From Trueperaceae bacterium (GTDB lineage Bacteria; Deinococcota; Deinococci; Deinococcales; Trueperaceae), in contig OZ243956.1 of NCBI GenBank assembly GCA_965214405.1, positions 1,029,845 to 1,093,844 of the forward strand: a DNA stretch of 64,000 bases, given 5' to 3'. A model generated the notes under the pieces. That model saw nothing but the letters and a program-made list of their open reading frames with translations. It was not told the origin of the DNA and did no database searches. Positions 1 to 9,262 of the stretch are shown here, in pieces. Within the stretch, counting starts at the first letter, position 1, and every line of letters starts with the position of its first letter. The position numbers and the translations under genes are program-made.

Positions 1-230
1 AAGCGCTTAAAGAGAGAGGTATCGGCACGCTCATTCACTATCCCCTTCCGCCGCATCTGCAAGAGGCTTACGCGGAGCTTAAGTTTAACGAGGGTGACTT
101 TCCCGTCGCTGAAGCCGTCCACCGCGAGGTGCTGAGTTTACCTATCGGGCCGCAGCTCGAGCCAGAAGCCGCCCGCTATGTTGTCAAAAGTGTTGTCGAA
201 GCCCTCCAAACCCTCCGACCGCTCGTTTAA
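1..230 (+). CDS. DegT/DnrJ/EryC1/StrS-family PLP sugar aminotransferase, C-terminal fragment (5' end outside window)
   Basis: Frame 3 is open from the window edge to TAA 228-230 and reads ...ERGIGTLIHYPLPPHLQEAYAELKFNEGDFPVAEAVHREVLSLPIGPQL... The HYP-x-P-x-H-x-Q-x-AY ... LSLP block is the conserved C-terminal part of this family. It is not in the ORF track because there is no start codon in the window. Confidence 0.8.
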   Translation, partial: ALKERGIGTLIHYPLPPHLQEAYAELKFNEGDFPVAEAVHREVLSLPIGPQLEPEAARYVVKSVVEALQTLRPLV

Positions 231-240
231 GTAGCCGGAC

Positions 241-1713
241 TTGCGCGCGATTCTCAAAGCCTCGGCCATCATGGGCGCAAGTTCGGTCGTCACGATAGCG
301 CTCTCCATCGTGAGGCAAAAGTTTATCGCCGTGACGTTAGGCGCTGAGGGTGTGGGTCTGTTGGGGCTGCTGGTCACCGGGCTCACCCTGGCCGTCACCC
401 TTTTTAGCGTCGGCCTAGCGAGCAGCGGCGTGCGCTACATTGCCAAAGCAAAAGAGGGAAGTGAGGCGGAGTTCTTGCATACCCGCAGCGCGCTCGTGTA
501 CGGGTCGCAACTTTTTGGCCTGCTCGGCGGCGCGCTGTTCGTCCTCTTCCGGGCGCCTTTGGCGGCGTTTATCCTTCACGACCCTACCAAGGCATCCTGG
601 GTGGTGTGGCTCGGTGTGGCGCTGTGGGCGGCGGTCGCCTCGGGCGGGCAACTCGCGGTTATCAACGGTTTGCGCCGCATCGGCGACCTCGCCAAGGCCA
701 ACGTGTGGGGCGCGGCCTTGGGTACGGGCGCGGCCCTCGTCACCATCACGCTGTCGGGTGAGACTGGGTTGGTGGCGGCCATCGTCGCCCCGCCCTTGGC
801 GACTTGGTTAGCCGCTTGGTGGCTTTCTAAAAACATACCTACAGCGCCGCTGGGAGCGTACCGCGCGCTGTGGCGGCCCCTACGCCGCATGGTGAGCCTC
901 GGCGTCGTGTTTTCGGCGAGTTTGGTGCTGTCGGGCGTTGCGCAGTTCGCCTCGAGGCTCATCGTCCAGCGCGCGTTGGGGCTGGAGTCCGTGGGCTACT
1001 TTCAAGCCGCCTGGTCGGTGTCCAACGTTTACCTAAGTTTCGTGCTTACCGCCCTCGCCGCCGAATATTACCCGCGCATCAGCGCCCTGTCCGACGATAA
1101 AGCGCGCCTCAACAACGCTGTTGACACGCAAATAACCGTTGCGCTGCTCTTGGCCGGACCCGTCATTCTGGGGATGATCTTGTTTGCGCCCTGGGCCGTC
1201 ACGCTGCTCTACTCGGACGCGTTTGGCGCGACCGTGGCTGTGTTGCGCTGGCAGCTCGTCGGCGACGTGCTAAAGGTGGCGGCTTGGGCGGTGGCGTTTT
1301 TGCTACTCGCCAGGGAAGCGCGCTGGCCGTATTTTGTTTCGGAACTCCTCTGGAGCGCGCTCTACGTCGCGGCGCTCTTTTTCCTCGTCCCTACTTACGG
1401 CCTTCCTGCGGCAGGGCTGCTGTACGCGCTCTGCTACGCGCTCTACCTGGGGCTGGTTGTCATGTGGGCGGGGCGCGCAACCGGCTTTAGGATGAGCGGG
1501 AACGTTTTGCGGCTTCTCGGGGTGACGCTGGGCTCGAGCATTCTCGTCACCTTCTTGGCCGCCACCGGCGTAGGGTCGCCAGGCTGGTTCATGGCTTTAG
1601 CCGTGACGCTTCTAACAAGCGCCTATTGCCTCTTTCGGCTTCAGCGCGAAACCGGCCTCGACGTGTCCGCGCTGCTGTCTAAAGTCAGTCGCCGCCGCAC
1701 GCCTCAAAGCTGA
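241..1713 (+). CDS. wzx: Wzx-like polysaccharide flippase (MOP superfamily polysaccharide biosynthesis protein)
   Basis: 490-aa ORF, almost entirely hydrophobic, with about 12-14 TM-length segments. The N-terminus SSVVTIALSIVRQKFIAVTLGAEGVGLLGL is typical of MOP exporters. It follows the aminotransferase at the head of a glycan cluster. TTG start at 241; ATG 271 is an alternative. Confidence 0.7.
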   Translation: MRAILKASAIMGASSVVTIALSIVRQKFIAVTLGAEGVGLLGLLVTGLTLAVTLFSVGLASSGVRYIAKAKEGSEAEFLHTRSALVYGSQLFGLLGGALFVLFRAPLAAFILHDPTKASWVVWLGVALWAAVASGGQLAVINGLRRIGDLAKANVWGAALGTGAALVTITLSGETGLVAAIVAPPLATWLAAWWLSKNIPTAPLGAYRALWRPLRRMVSLGVVFSASLVLSGVAQFASRLIVQRALGLESVGYFQAAWSVSNVYLSFVLTALAAEYYPRISALSDDKARLNNAVDTQITVALLLAGPVILGMILFAPWAVTLLYSDAFGATVAVLRWQLVGDVLKVAAWAVAFLLLAREARWPYFVSELLWSALYVAALFFLVPTYGLPAAGLLYALCYALYLGLVVMWAGRATGFRMSGNVLRLLGVTLGSSILVTFLAATGVGSPGWFMALAVTLLTSAYCLFRLQRETGLDVSALLSKVSRRRTPQS

Positions 1714-1740
1714 TAGACTGTCAAGAGGTACACTGAACCC

Positions 1741-2688
1741 ATGCTGAAAGTTTCCGTCGCCATTATTACCTATAACCAACGCGACCTTATCCCCGAAACG
1801 TTGCAGAGCGTGTTGACGCAAGATTACGATGATTTTGAGATCGTTGTGGCAGACGACGGCTCCACAGACGGCAGCCAAGAATTGTTATTGGACTACCAAC
1901 GCCGCCATCCAAATATCATCAAACTCGTTCTCTCGGAGCAAAACCAGGGTATTACCAAAAACTGCAACAAGGCTTTTTTTGCTTGTACGGGCGAATATAT
2001 AGCGTGGCTCGGCGGCGACGACCTTTTTTATCCCGGCAAGTTAAAAGCGCAAGTCGCGGCTATGGAAGCGAACCGAGACTGTCCTCTTTGCCACCACGCG
2101 CTAAGAATGTTCGACTCCGACAGCGGCAAAACCTTAGCCATCATCGCCGCCAATCACCCTCCCAAGAGGTCGCTTCAAGAGGTGTTGTGGGCGGGCCTGC
2201 GGATCGCCGCGTCATCCGTGATGGTGCGCCGCGCGTGCTGTCCTGCAGACGGATTTGATGAAACTATTCCAGTCGCTAGCGATTCTCTTTTTTGGCTCGA
2301 GACCTTGTATCACGGCCCCGCGCTCCACATCGGCGGCGTGTACGGCGGCTACCGTAAACACGCCGACAACGTAACCAACAAGTCACACATCGGCGATATG
2401 GAAAAGACGTACGCGAAAGTTCGCGCCGCCAAACCGGAGTTGGTGCGCTACGTCGACCGGGCGCTGGCTATCAATTATTACGACGAGGGTGTCAAGCAGC
2501 TTCTAAGCTTGAACGACAGGACGGCGGCGCAAAAGAATTTCCGTAAGGCTCTCCTGACCAGCCCGGGTTTAGTCACCGCCGCGCCTTGGCTACTCCTGAC
2601 GCATCTAGGAGACAAAAACATCGCCGCGTTAAGGCGTCTCAGCAGGCGTCTCAAACGCTCTAGAGGCCAGACGTATGCCGAAAGTTAG
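1741..2688 (+). CDS. glycosyltransferase family 2
   Basis: N-terminus VSVAIITYNQRDLIPETLQSVLTQDYDDFEIVVADDGSTDGS is the GT-A/GT2 signature, followed by a GGDD motif. Confidence 0.85.
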   Translation: MLKVSVAIITYNQRDLIPETLQSVLTQDYDDFEIVVADDGSTDGSQELLLDYQRRHPNIIKLVLSEQNQGITKNCNKAFFACTGEYIAWLGGDDLFYPGKLKAQVAAMEANRDCPLCHHALRMFDSDSGKTLAIIAANHPPKRSLQEVLWAGLRIAASSVMVRRACCPADGFDETIPVASDSLFWLETLYHGPALHIGGVYGGYRKHADNVTNKSHIGDMEKTYAKVRAAKPELVRYVDRALAINYYDEGVKQLLSLNDRTAAQKNFRKALLTSPGLVTAAPWLLLTHLGDKNIAALRRLSRRLKRSRGQTYAES

Positions 2689-3574
2689 CGTCGTACTGCC
2701 GACGTACAACCGGCTGGGCACCTTGGAGCGCGCGCTCGCGTCGGTGCTCGAGCAAAGCTACACGGATTTTGAAGTCATCGTTGTCGACGACTGCTCTACG
2801 GACGCTACCAGGGCTTACATCGAGGGGCTATCCGACGTCCGCGTCCGCTACTTTCGCCATGACGTCAATAGGGGTGCCTCGGCGGCCAGAAACACGGGCA
2901 TAAAGGTTGCGCGAGGGTGCTACATAGGTTTTCAGGATAGTGACGACGTGTGGCTGCCCGACAAGTTGCGCGACCAACTCGAGTGTCTCGAGCGGAATCT
3001 ATCTTTGGACATCGTTTTTACCAGTTTTGTCAAGCGCCACCCTGCGCGCGAACTCGTGATTCCGCCCGAAAGTGTAGCTAGCGCCGACATCGCAATCCGG
3101 CTTGCTCTCGGCAACTTCATCGGCACGCCCACAGTCGTTGCGCGGCGCTCTGTTTTGCTAAAGGGTGGCGGATTCGACACCAGTTTATGCAATCACGAAG
3201 ATTGGGATTTGTGGCTCACCCTGGCGAGCGGTGGCGCTCAATTTTATCACTTGTCAGAGGTGCTTCTCGTTTCACCTCACTCCCCCGGCGGCGTCAGCGA
3301 TGCCCAAGCTGTGCAGCTAGCCGAGGCATTCGAGCACATTTATCTCAAACACCAGGCTTTGTTTGAAACAGCCAAGGCCGCCGCAAGTATGAACTACCTG
3401 ATCGGCAAGCTCTACAGCTTAGGCAAGCCCGGCAACCAACTGCGGGGGCGGACCTTTTTACGTCGCGCGTCGGCGCGGGCACCTTTCAACCCTAAGTACG
3501 CGCTATTTTTTTTGCTGAGCTTAGTAAATCACGATCTACCCAGACGTGTCAGCCGCCTCAGAGGGGAAAAATGA
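2675..3574 (+). CDS. glycosyltransferase family 2
   Basis: VSVVLPTYNRLGTLERALASVLEQSYTDFEVIVVDDCSTDAT ... FQDSDDVW. Overlaps the upstream gene by 14 nt. Confidence 0.85.
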   Translation: MPKVSVVLPTYNRLGTLERALASVLEQSYTDFEVIVVDDCSTDATRAYIEGLSDVRVRYFRHDVNRGASAARNTGIKVARGCYIGFQDSDDVWLPDKLRDQLECLERNLSLDIVFTSFVKRHPARELVIPPESVASADIAIRLALGNFIGTPTVVARRSVLLKGGGFDTSLCNHEDWDLWLTLASGGAQFYHLSEVLLVSPHSPGGVSDAQAVQLAEAFEHIYLKHQALFETAKAAASMNYLIGKLYSLGKPGNQLRGRTFLRRASARAPFNPKYALFFLLSLVNHDLPRRVSRLRGEK

Positions 3575-4644
3575 CTATTTCAAAGCGACAGGCTGCGCTC
3601 TCGTCAACTATGACACCATCAATAAATATAGCTGTGTCACCCCTACCCAAAGTGACCATCATGATTCCGACCTACAATCAAGCCCGCGTGCTGCCGAGGG
3701 CGATCGAAAGTGCGCTGGCGCAAAGCCATCCCAACTTAGAGGTGGTCGTCGCGGACGACGCCTCGACCGATGACACGGCGACAGTTATCTCACGCTACTG
3801 CCACGACGCGCGTCTAAAATACGTTTGCAACGAGCACAACCTGGGTAGGGTCGCCAACTACCGAAGGTCACTTTACGAGCACGCCACGGGTGCCTGGACG
3901 CTCAACTTAGACGGCGACGACTATTTAACGGACACGGCTTTCATAAGTCAATCGCTAATCCAGCTTGCGAAGAACAAAGACGTGGTCCTCGTGGTTGGGG
4001 GCCAGCGCTTCTTGGAGCCGAACGGTCGCTACCGTGACCTCACGCCCACGTCTAAAGCCTACGAAGTTGTGTGCGGCGAAGCATTTTTTCTGAGCTGGAA
4101 CAGGTCGACGTTTACCGTTCCCCACCTCGGCTCGCTATATAAACGAGAGGTGGCGCTTGAGCTTGGCTTTTATCAACAAGATATTCTTAGCTCCGATTGG
4201 GAATCGCTCCGGCGACTCATCTTGCAAGGCGAGGTGCTGCTGGTCGGCCGCGTGGTGGGAGTTTGGGTCGGACATGAGGAGAACACCTCGAAAAGCCTAA
4301 ACTTGCAAGCGCATATCGACAATCTAAGAAGCATCACCGAACCGTACCGTTACGCTCTAAAGAGAGGTGTGGGCAAGCCCCGTTTACAAAAGTGGAGACT
4401 TCATGCACTTGCTGAGTATGCTGAAACCTACGTCAGTTTGTCGATAGGAACACGAAATATAGGAAACGCCCGAAGATTTTTAGCCTACCTTAGACAGGTC
4501 TATCCGGACGCCTATCCTACGGCAGTAAGAAGAATCGCCTTCAACCCGAAGATCGTCGGCAAGCTTGTGCTGCTTTTGGGCAACCAAAGCCTGACTGACC
4601 GCGTGGAGACAGCGTGGCGCAGCCTAACCCGCAAAGGAGGCTAA
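3571..4644 (+). CDS. glycosyltransferase family 2
   Basis: VTIMIPTYNQARVLPRAIESALAQSHPNLEVVVADDASTDDT ... LDGDDY. ATGA start/stop overlap with the upstream gene. Internal Met codons at 3610 or 3661 are alternative starts. Confidence 0.8.
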   Translation: MTISKRQAALSSTMTPSINIAVSPLPKVTIMIPTYNQARVLPRAIESALAQSHPNLEVVVADDASTDDTATVISRYCHDARLKYVCNEHNLGRVANYRRSLYEHATGAWTLNLDGDDYLTDTAFISQSLIQLAKNKDVVLVVGGQRFLEPNGRYRDLTPTSKAYEVVCGEAFFLSWNRSTFTVPHLGSLYKREVALELGFYQQDILSSDWESLRRLILQGEVLLVGRVVGVWVGHEENTSKSLNLQAHIDNLRSITEPYRYALKRGVGKPRLQKWRLHALAEYAETYVSLSIGTRNIGNARRFLAYLRQVYPDAYPTAVRRIAFNPKIVGKLVLLLGNQSLTDRVETAWRSLTRKGG

Positions 4645-4645
4645 G

Positions 4646-5485
4646 GTGAGGTTCTCGCTCGTGCTAGCGACGCTACACCGCACCACCGAACTCACCGCTT
4701 TCTTGGAGTCCCTCGAGGCGCAGTGTTACAATGGTGTTGAACTTATTGTTGTAGATCAGAATAAGGATGACCGTCTGGTGACGTTGCTCGAGCCCTTCAA
4801 ACACGCTTTTCCCATTCTCCATCTCCGTTCCGCGTCGGGGCTTTCTAGAGCGCGCAACGTGGGTCTTTGCTACGCAACGGGCGACGTTGTCGCCTTTCCC
4901 GATGACGACTGTCGGTACTCACCTATCTTGCTAGAGAACGTTGCCGCGTTTTTTGCAGAGCACCCAAATGTCGACGGCTTGACAGGCAGAGCTTTCGACG
5001 ACCAGAGGCGAGTGAGCATCGGGCGTTTCGATGCTCAAACCGGCGCTATAGACAAGCTCAATGTATGGCGGCGCGGCATATCGTTCAGCATTTTTCTGCG
5101 CCGCCAAGCTCTCACCGGCGTGCGTTTTGACGAGACCTTGGGCGTAGGCGCGCGCTGGGGTTCCGGTGAGGAGACCGATCTTCTTTTGCAGGTTTTGGGG
5201 CGAGGTAACACCCTCGTCTACGACGCCGATCTTTCTGTTTTTCATCCTGCTCCCCCCAAAGGCTATGATGAGCAGCGGATACGCAAGGCCTATCTGTACG
5301 GCTGCGGGATGGGGCGCGTTCTAAAAAACCATGACTACCCCTTCTGGTTCAAGCTGCAGTCGCTCGTCCGCCCCGCTGGGGGCAGCTTATTATCCTTGTT
5401 TTCGCTGCGGGTGGCGAAAGCACGATATCACTGGAACGTTTTTAGGGGCCGGTGGTCAGGCTTCCGGGGAGCAAAAGGTAGCTGA
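4646..5485 (+). CDS. glycosyltransferase, GT2-like (GT-A fold)
   Basis: RFSLVLATLHRTTELTAFLESLEAQCYNGVELIVVDQNKDD ... VAFPDDDC. GTG start just downstream of AAAGGAGG. Confidence 0.7.
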   Translation: MRFSLVLATLHRTTELTAFLESLEAQCYNGVELIVVDQNKDDRLVTLLEPFKHAFPILHLRSASGLSRARNVGLCYATGDVVAFPDDDCRYSPILLENVAAFFAEHPNVDGLTGRAFDDQRRVSIGRFDAQTGAIDKLNVWRRGISFSIFLRRQALTGVRFDETLGVGARWGSGEETDLLLQVLGRGNTLVYDADLSVFHPAPPKGYDEQRIRKAYLYGCGMGRVLKNHDYPFWFKLQSLVRPAGGSLLSLFSLRVAKARYHWNVFRGRWSGFRGAKGS

Positions 5486-5755
5486 GATGAGGAAAGATGT
5501 CTCTTTCAAAGACGGTCAGCCAGGCACTATTCTAGTGCGGCAATTTTGGCAAAAAGCCTCTACTACCAGATGCTTTATGCCTATTCTGCCTCAGTATTTC
5601 CCTTAAAGAATTACATGTTTGACTCGACGTTAAAAGTTTGGCAACTTTTCAAAATCTAAAAAGCAAGGAGAAAAAATCTTTATGAAAGGGTATAGGTGGT
5701 TTCCAGCCGAAACTCAAACACGTTTCGACTTCATTACCTACTTGCGTAACAAACT

Positions 5756-7042
5756 GTGAAGAGGGTTTTTGCAAACGGACTAAATAAGCTAGATATTTAT
5801 TTTGCTCTTTGGGCCCTTGTGCTTCCCATGACCTCTGTCCTTTTAGTTCCAAGTGTCCAGGGAACAACCCCCGCCTTTCTGTTTGCTTTTGCCTCCTTGC
5901 CCCTGACTATGATTTTGTCGCCTCACAAAGTAGGACGCGTCTTCTTGTATACACTTCTCATTTTTGGAAGTGTCATGCTTCTCAGCGCCACAAGTCAGTT
6001 CAGCTTGCTGCTAGTCCCCAATCTTAATATCAGCACCCTACAGCTTGTAAACAACGACAGTGTGCAGCTTATCTTACGCTCGAGTCTCTTCACTCAGTCT
6101 CTTTACCTTGTACCCGGTGTCCTCACTTTCGCCTTTGTAGCTACTTTTTATCAGCCTACTTGGGATCGCTTTCTCTTTTGGGGTGCCTCCCTACTCGCAC
6201 TTTACGGCCTTTACGAGTTCATTTTCTTTCTTGTGACCGGCCAAAACGGGGATTTTCTTAGTAATCGCATCTTTGACGGAGGTTTGTACACTTCGCAAGG
6301 CAGCCTCTTTCAAATTTCCAACATAGGTACCTTGCAAGTCATGCGTCTCAAAAGCTTGACTGGAGAACCTTCCATGTACGCTTTCACCATCCTGCCTTTC
6401 TGGATTCATGCCATTCATCGGCGTAAAACGGTTGTCCACCTTCTGCTACTCACGACTCTTATCCTTACAACCTCCACGACTGCCATCTTGGGAGTCGCAC
6501 TTTACTTACTTCTGCGGTTTGGGTATAGCAAACCGCTACGCCGTCTTATTTCTGGTTTTGCGGACAGGTATCTCTTTTGGTTTTTAGTGCTCGGAGTGGC
6601 TGGTACAATAGTTGCGTGGCCGATCGTTCAGAGAGTTCTTGCAGAGGCGGTCGTTGCCAAGCTAAGCCTGATAAACGATTCAGGTGCGACACGTTCCACC
6701 CTTTTTATAAACAGTATAAAGTTTTATGCTGACGCCCCTCTCCTCAACCAACTGTTTGGCATCGGCTTTGGTTACATACGCTCGACCGACTTTTCTTCAA
6801 CCCTTTTGGTCAACACCGGAATTGTCGGCTTTTCTTTGTTTACCTTACTTTTTGCCCGTCCCATCTTGTCTCTTAACAACGACTACGTTTCAGTGGGCCT
6901 TAAAATCGCGCTTATCATCATCTATAGCACGATGATGATTGCCGTGCCGGAGTTTGCCTATCTACCGATCTGGCTTTTTTTGGGCGTAGCGTACCGGACG
7001 CTTCGGCAGCAAAGATTTAGACAGCAAAGACTCAGTTCATGA
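5756..7042 (+). CDS. wzy: Wzy-like O-antigen/repeat-unit polymerase (polytopic membrane protein)
   Basis: 428-aa ORF with about 10-12 TM-length segments and no soluble domains. GC is clearly lower than in the neighbours. It sits between GT genes, with an ATGA overlap onto the next GT gene. This is a family-level call only, because Wzy sequences are poorly conserved. Confidence 0.55.
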   Translation: MKRVFANGLNKLDIYFALWALVLPMTSVLLVPSVQGTTPAFLFAFASLPLTMILSPHKVGRVFLYTLLIFGSVMLLSATSQFSLLLVPNLNISTLQLVNNDSVQLILRSSLFTQSLYLVPGVLTFAFVATFYQPTWDRFLFWGASLLALYGLYEFIFFLVTGQNGDFLSNRIFDGGLYTSQGSLFQISNIGTLQVMRLKSLTGEPSMYAFTILPFWIHAIHRRKTVVHLLLLTTLILTTSTTAILGVALYLLLRFGYSKPLRRLISGFADRYLFWFLVLGVAGTIVAWPIVQRVLAEAVVAKLSLINDSGATRSTLFINSIKFYADAPLLNQLFGIGFGYIRSTDFSSTLLVNTGIVGFSLFTLLFARPILSLNNDYVSVGLKIALIIIYSTMMIAVPEFAYLPIWLFLGVAYRTLRQQRFRQQRLSS

Positions 7043-8106
7043 AAATTTTTATCAACGGCAGGTTTCTTACGCAGCCGGTGACCGGCGTGCAGCGCTACGC
7101 CATAGAACTTTCGAAACGTCTTAAAGAATGTTCAAACGATATCACCTTTCGTTTTTTGGCCCCCAACAATATCCTTCACCGCGACCTAGCCGAAACCTTG
7201 GGTGCCGAAGTTTGCGGTCGCCTCACGGGCCACGCCTGGGAACAGCTCGAGCTGCCCCTTTTTGCCCGCGGCGGCTTCTTAGTCAACCTTTGCAACACCG
7301 CGCCCGTGAGTAAGACGCGCCAAGTCGTTACGATTCACGACGCGGCGGTTTACGCGGTGCCTCAGGCTTACTCGAGAAGCTTTCGCACCCTCTACAAAAC
7401 GCTGTTACCGACCTTATCGAGAACGGCCCAAAGCATCATGACCGTCTCAGAATTTTCAAAACGCGAGCTCATCCGCTACTGCGGGGTTCCGGAAGATAAA
7501 GTCACCGTCGTCTATTCCGGTAGAGAGCATATTTTTGCCCACGCGGCAGACACTGAGGTCTTTTCCAAACACGGCTTTGGCAACAGGCCTTTTTTATTGG
7601 CGGTCAGCAGCCTAAGCCCGAACAAAAATTTTATGGGCATCGTGCGGGCGCTCGAGCATCTCAGAAACCCCGATTTCGACGTGGTTATCGCAGGCGGCGT
7701 CAACCCGGCAGTTTTTAGCCAGCGCGCCGACTTCCTGCCTAAGAGCGTCAAACATTTAGGTTATGTGAGCGAGGGCGAGTTGAGAGCGCTTTACGAAGGG
7801 GCAACCGGCTTTGTCCATCCCGCTTTTTACGAAGGTTTCGGCCTCCCCCCCTTGGAGGCGATGGCCTGCGGGTGCCCGGTCATTGTCTCGAACGCCGCCT
7901 CTTTGCCCGAAGTCTGCGGCGACGCCGCTTTATACTGCGATCCTCACAGCCCACAGGACATAGCTGATAAAATTCAGCGGTTGATGTCCGACCCAGACCT
8001 GCGTGAAAAGTTGCGGCAGAAGGGGCTAAGGCGCGCTGAAAAGTTTAGTTGGAACGAATGCGCGGTGAGAACGCTCGCTGTTATCAAAGAAATGTTGAGC
8101 GCGTGA
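7039..8106 (+). CDS. glycosyltransferase family 4 (GT-B)
   Basis: C-terminal [43 protein letters not shown] is the E-x7-E region of GT4 enzymes. Confidence 0.85.
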   Translation: MKIFINGRFLTQPVTGVQRYAIELSKRLKECSNDITFRFLAPNNILHRDLAETLGAEVCGRLTGHAWEQLELPLFARGGFLVNLCNTAPVSKTRQVVTIHDAAVYAVPQAYSRSFRTLYKTLLPTLSRTAQSIMTVSEFSKRELIRYCGVPEDKVTVVYSGREHIFAHAADTEVFSKHGFGNRPFLLAVSSLSPNKNFMGIVRALEHLRNPDFDVVIAGGVNPAVFSQRADFLPKSVKHLGYVSEGELRALYEGATGFVHPAFYEGFGLPPLEAMACGCPVIVSNAASLPEVCGDAALYCDPHSPQDIADKIQRLMSDPDLREKLRQKGLRRAEKFSWNECAVRTLAVIKEMLSA

Positions 8107-9257
8107 GGGTCGCTGTCGTCCACGACTGGCTCTACACCTATGCGGGCGCGGAACGCGTGCTCGAGCAAATCCTTGAGGTCTTTCCCCGAGCCGACCTTTT
8201 TAGCCTCATCGACTTCCTGCCGAACGACGAACGGGGATTTATTCAAAACAAAGCGGTTAAAACGTCTTTTATTCAGGCTCTCCCTTTCGCCGGGAGCAAA
8301 CACAGGCTTTATCTGCCCCTGATGCCGCTGGCTATTGAGCGGCTTGACTTGTCAGAGTACGAGCTCATTATTTCTAGCGCTTACGCGGTGGCTAAGGGCG
8401 TTCTTACCTCGCCGGAGCAGCTCCATATCTGCTATTTGCACGCGAGGAACCTCAAATATGCTTACGAAGACAGACGCATGTACAGCCAAAACAAATATAT
8501 CGACTTTCTACAAGATGTGTTTCTGTCGCGTATTCGCCTCTGGGACAGCGTGGCCTCACGCAGACCGGACTTTACCATTGCCAATTCACACTATGTTTCG
8601 GCTTGGCACCTTCACCGGCATGGGGTAAAGAGCACCGTTATCTATCCTCCCGTCGAGGTCGAACATTACAGCAGCCATTTTAGAGCGGAAAAAGAGGATT
8701 ACTACGTGACGGTAGGGCGCCTGGAGCCTTATAAACGCATAGACATGGTCGTTTCTGCTTTTAACGAGCTTGGTAAGACCTTACTCGTTTTGGGCGACGG
8801 CTCCGAAAGGCGACGCTTGGAAACCCTCGCAGCCCCTAACGTGACTTTTTTAGGCTACTGTGACAGGGAAACCATCGCCAGCGTGACCGCTGGGGCCAAA
8901 GCGTTTGTCTTCGCTTCGCGTGAGGACTTTGGCATCGCGCCTGTCGAAGCGCAAGCCTGTGGCACGCCGGTCATTGCCTATGGCAAGGGGGGAGCACTCG
9001 AGACCGTCCAAGGGCTCGGGACAGAACGTCCAACCGGCGTCTTTTTCCCCTCGCAAACGTCTGCGGCCATCAAAGAGGCTATAGAAACATTTGAACGCAG
9101 CGCAGCGCGCTTTGACCCGGAGAGGATTTCTAACCACGCTCAGGCTTTTAGCGAAGCGCGCTTTCGGCGTGAATTTGAGGCTTTTGTGACCGAGTGCTGG
9201 CGAGGGTTTCAAACCCAGACAGAGACTCATAGTGCGCCTCACGTCACGCAGAGCTAA
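8103..9257 (+). CDS. glycosyltransferase family 4 (GT-B)
   Basis: ASREDFGIAPVEAQACGTPVIAYGKGGALETV is a GT4 motif. I place the start at GTG 8103 ([11 protein letters not shown]..., GTGA overlap with the upstream stop) rather than the track start at 8049. Confidence 0.8.
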   Translation: MRVAVVHDWLYTYAGAERVLEQILEVFPRADLFSLIDFLPNDERGFIQNKAVKTSFIQALPFAGSKHRLYLPLMPLAIERLDLSEYELIISSAYAVAKGVLTSPEQLHICYLHARNLKYAYEDRRMYSQNKYIDFLQDVFLSRIRLWDSVASRRPDFTIANSHYVSAWHLHRHGVKSTVIYPPVEVEHYSSHFRAEKEDYYVTVGRLEPYKRIDMVVSAFNELGKTLLVLGDGSERRRLETLAAPNVTFLGYCDRETIASVTAGAKAFVFASREDFGIAPVEAQACGTPVIAYGKGGALETVQGLGTERPTGVFFPSQTSAAIKEAIETFERSAARFDPERISNHAQAFSEARFRREFEAFVTECWRGFQTQTETHSAPHVTQS

Positions 9258-9262
9258 ACACT

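Noticed and set aside
5331-5606. 91-aa ORF overlapping the end of the fourth GT2 gene and the AT-rich spacer
   Set aside because: It is out of frame with the GT2 gene over most of its length. The remainder is AT-rich spacer with no RBS or motifs.
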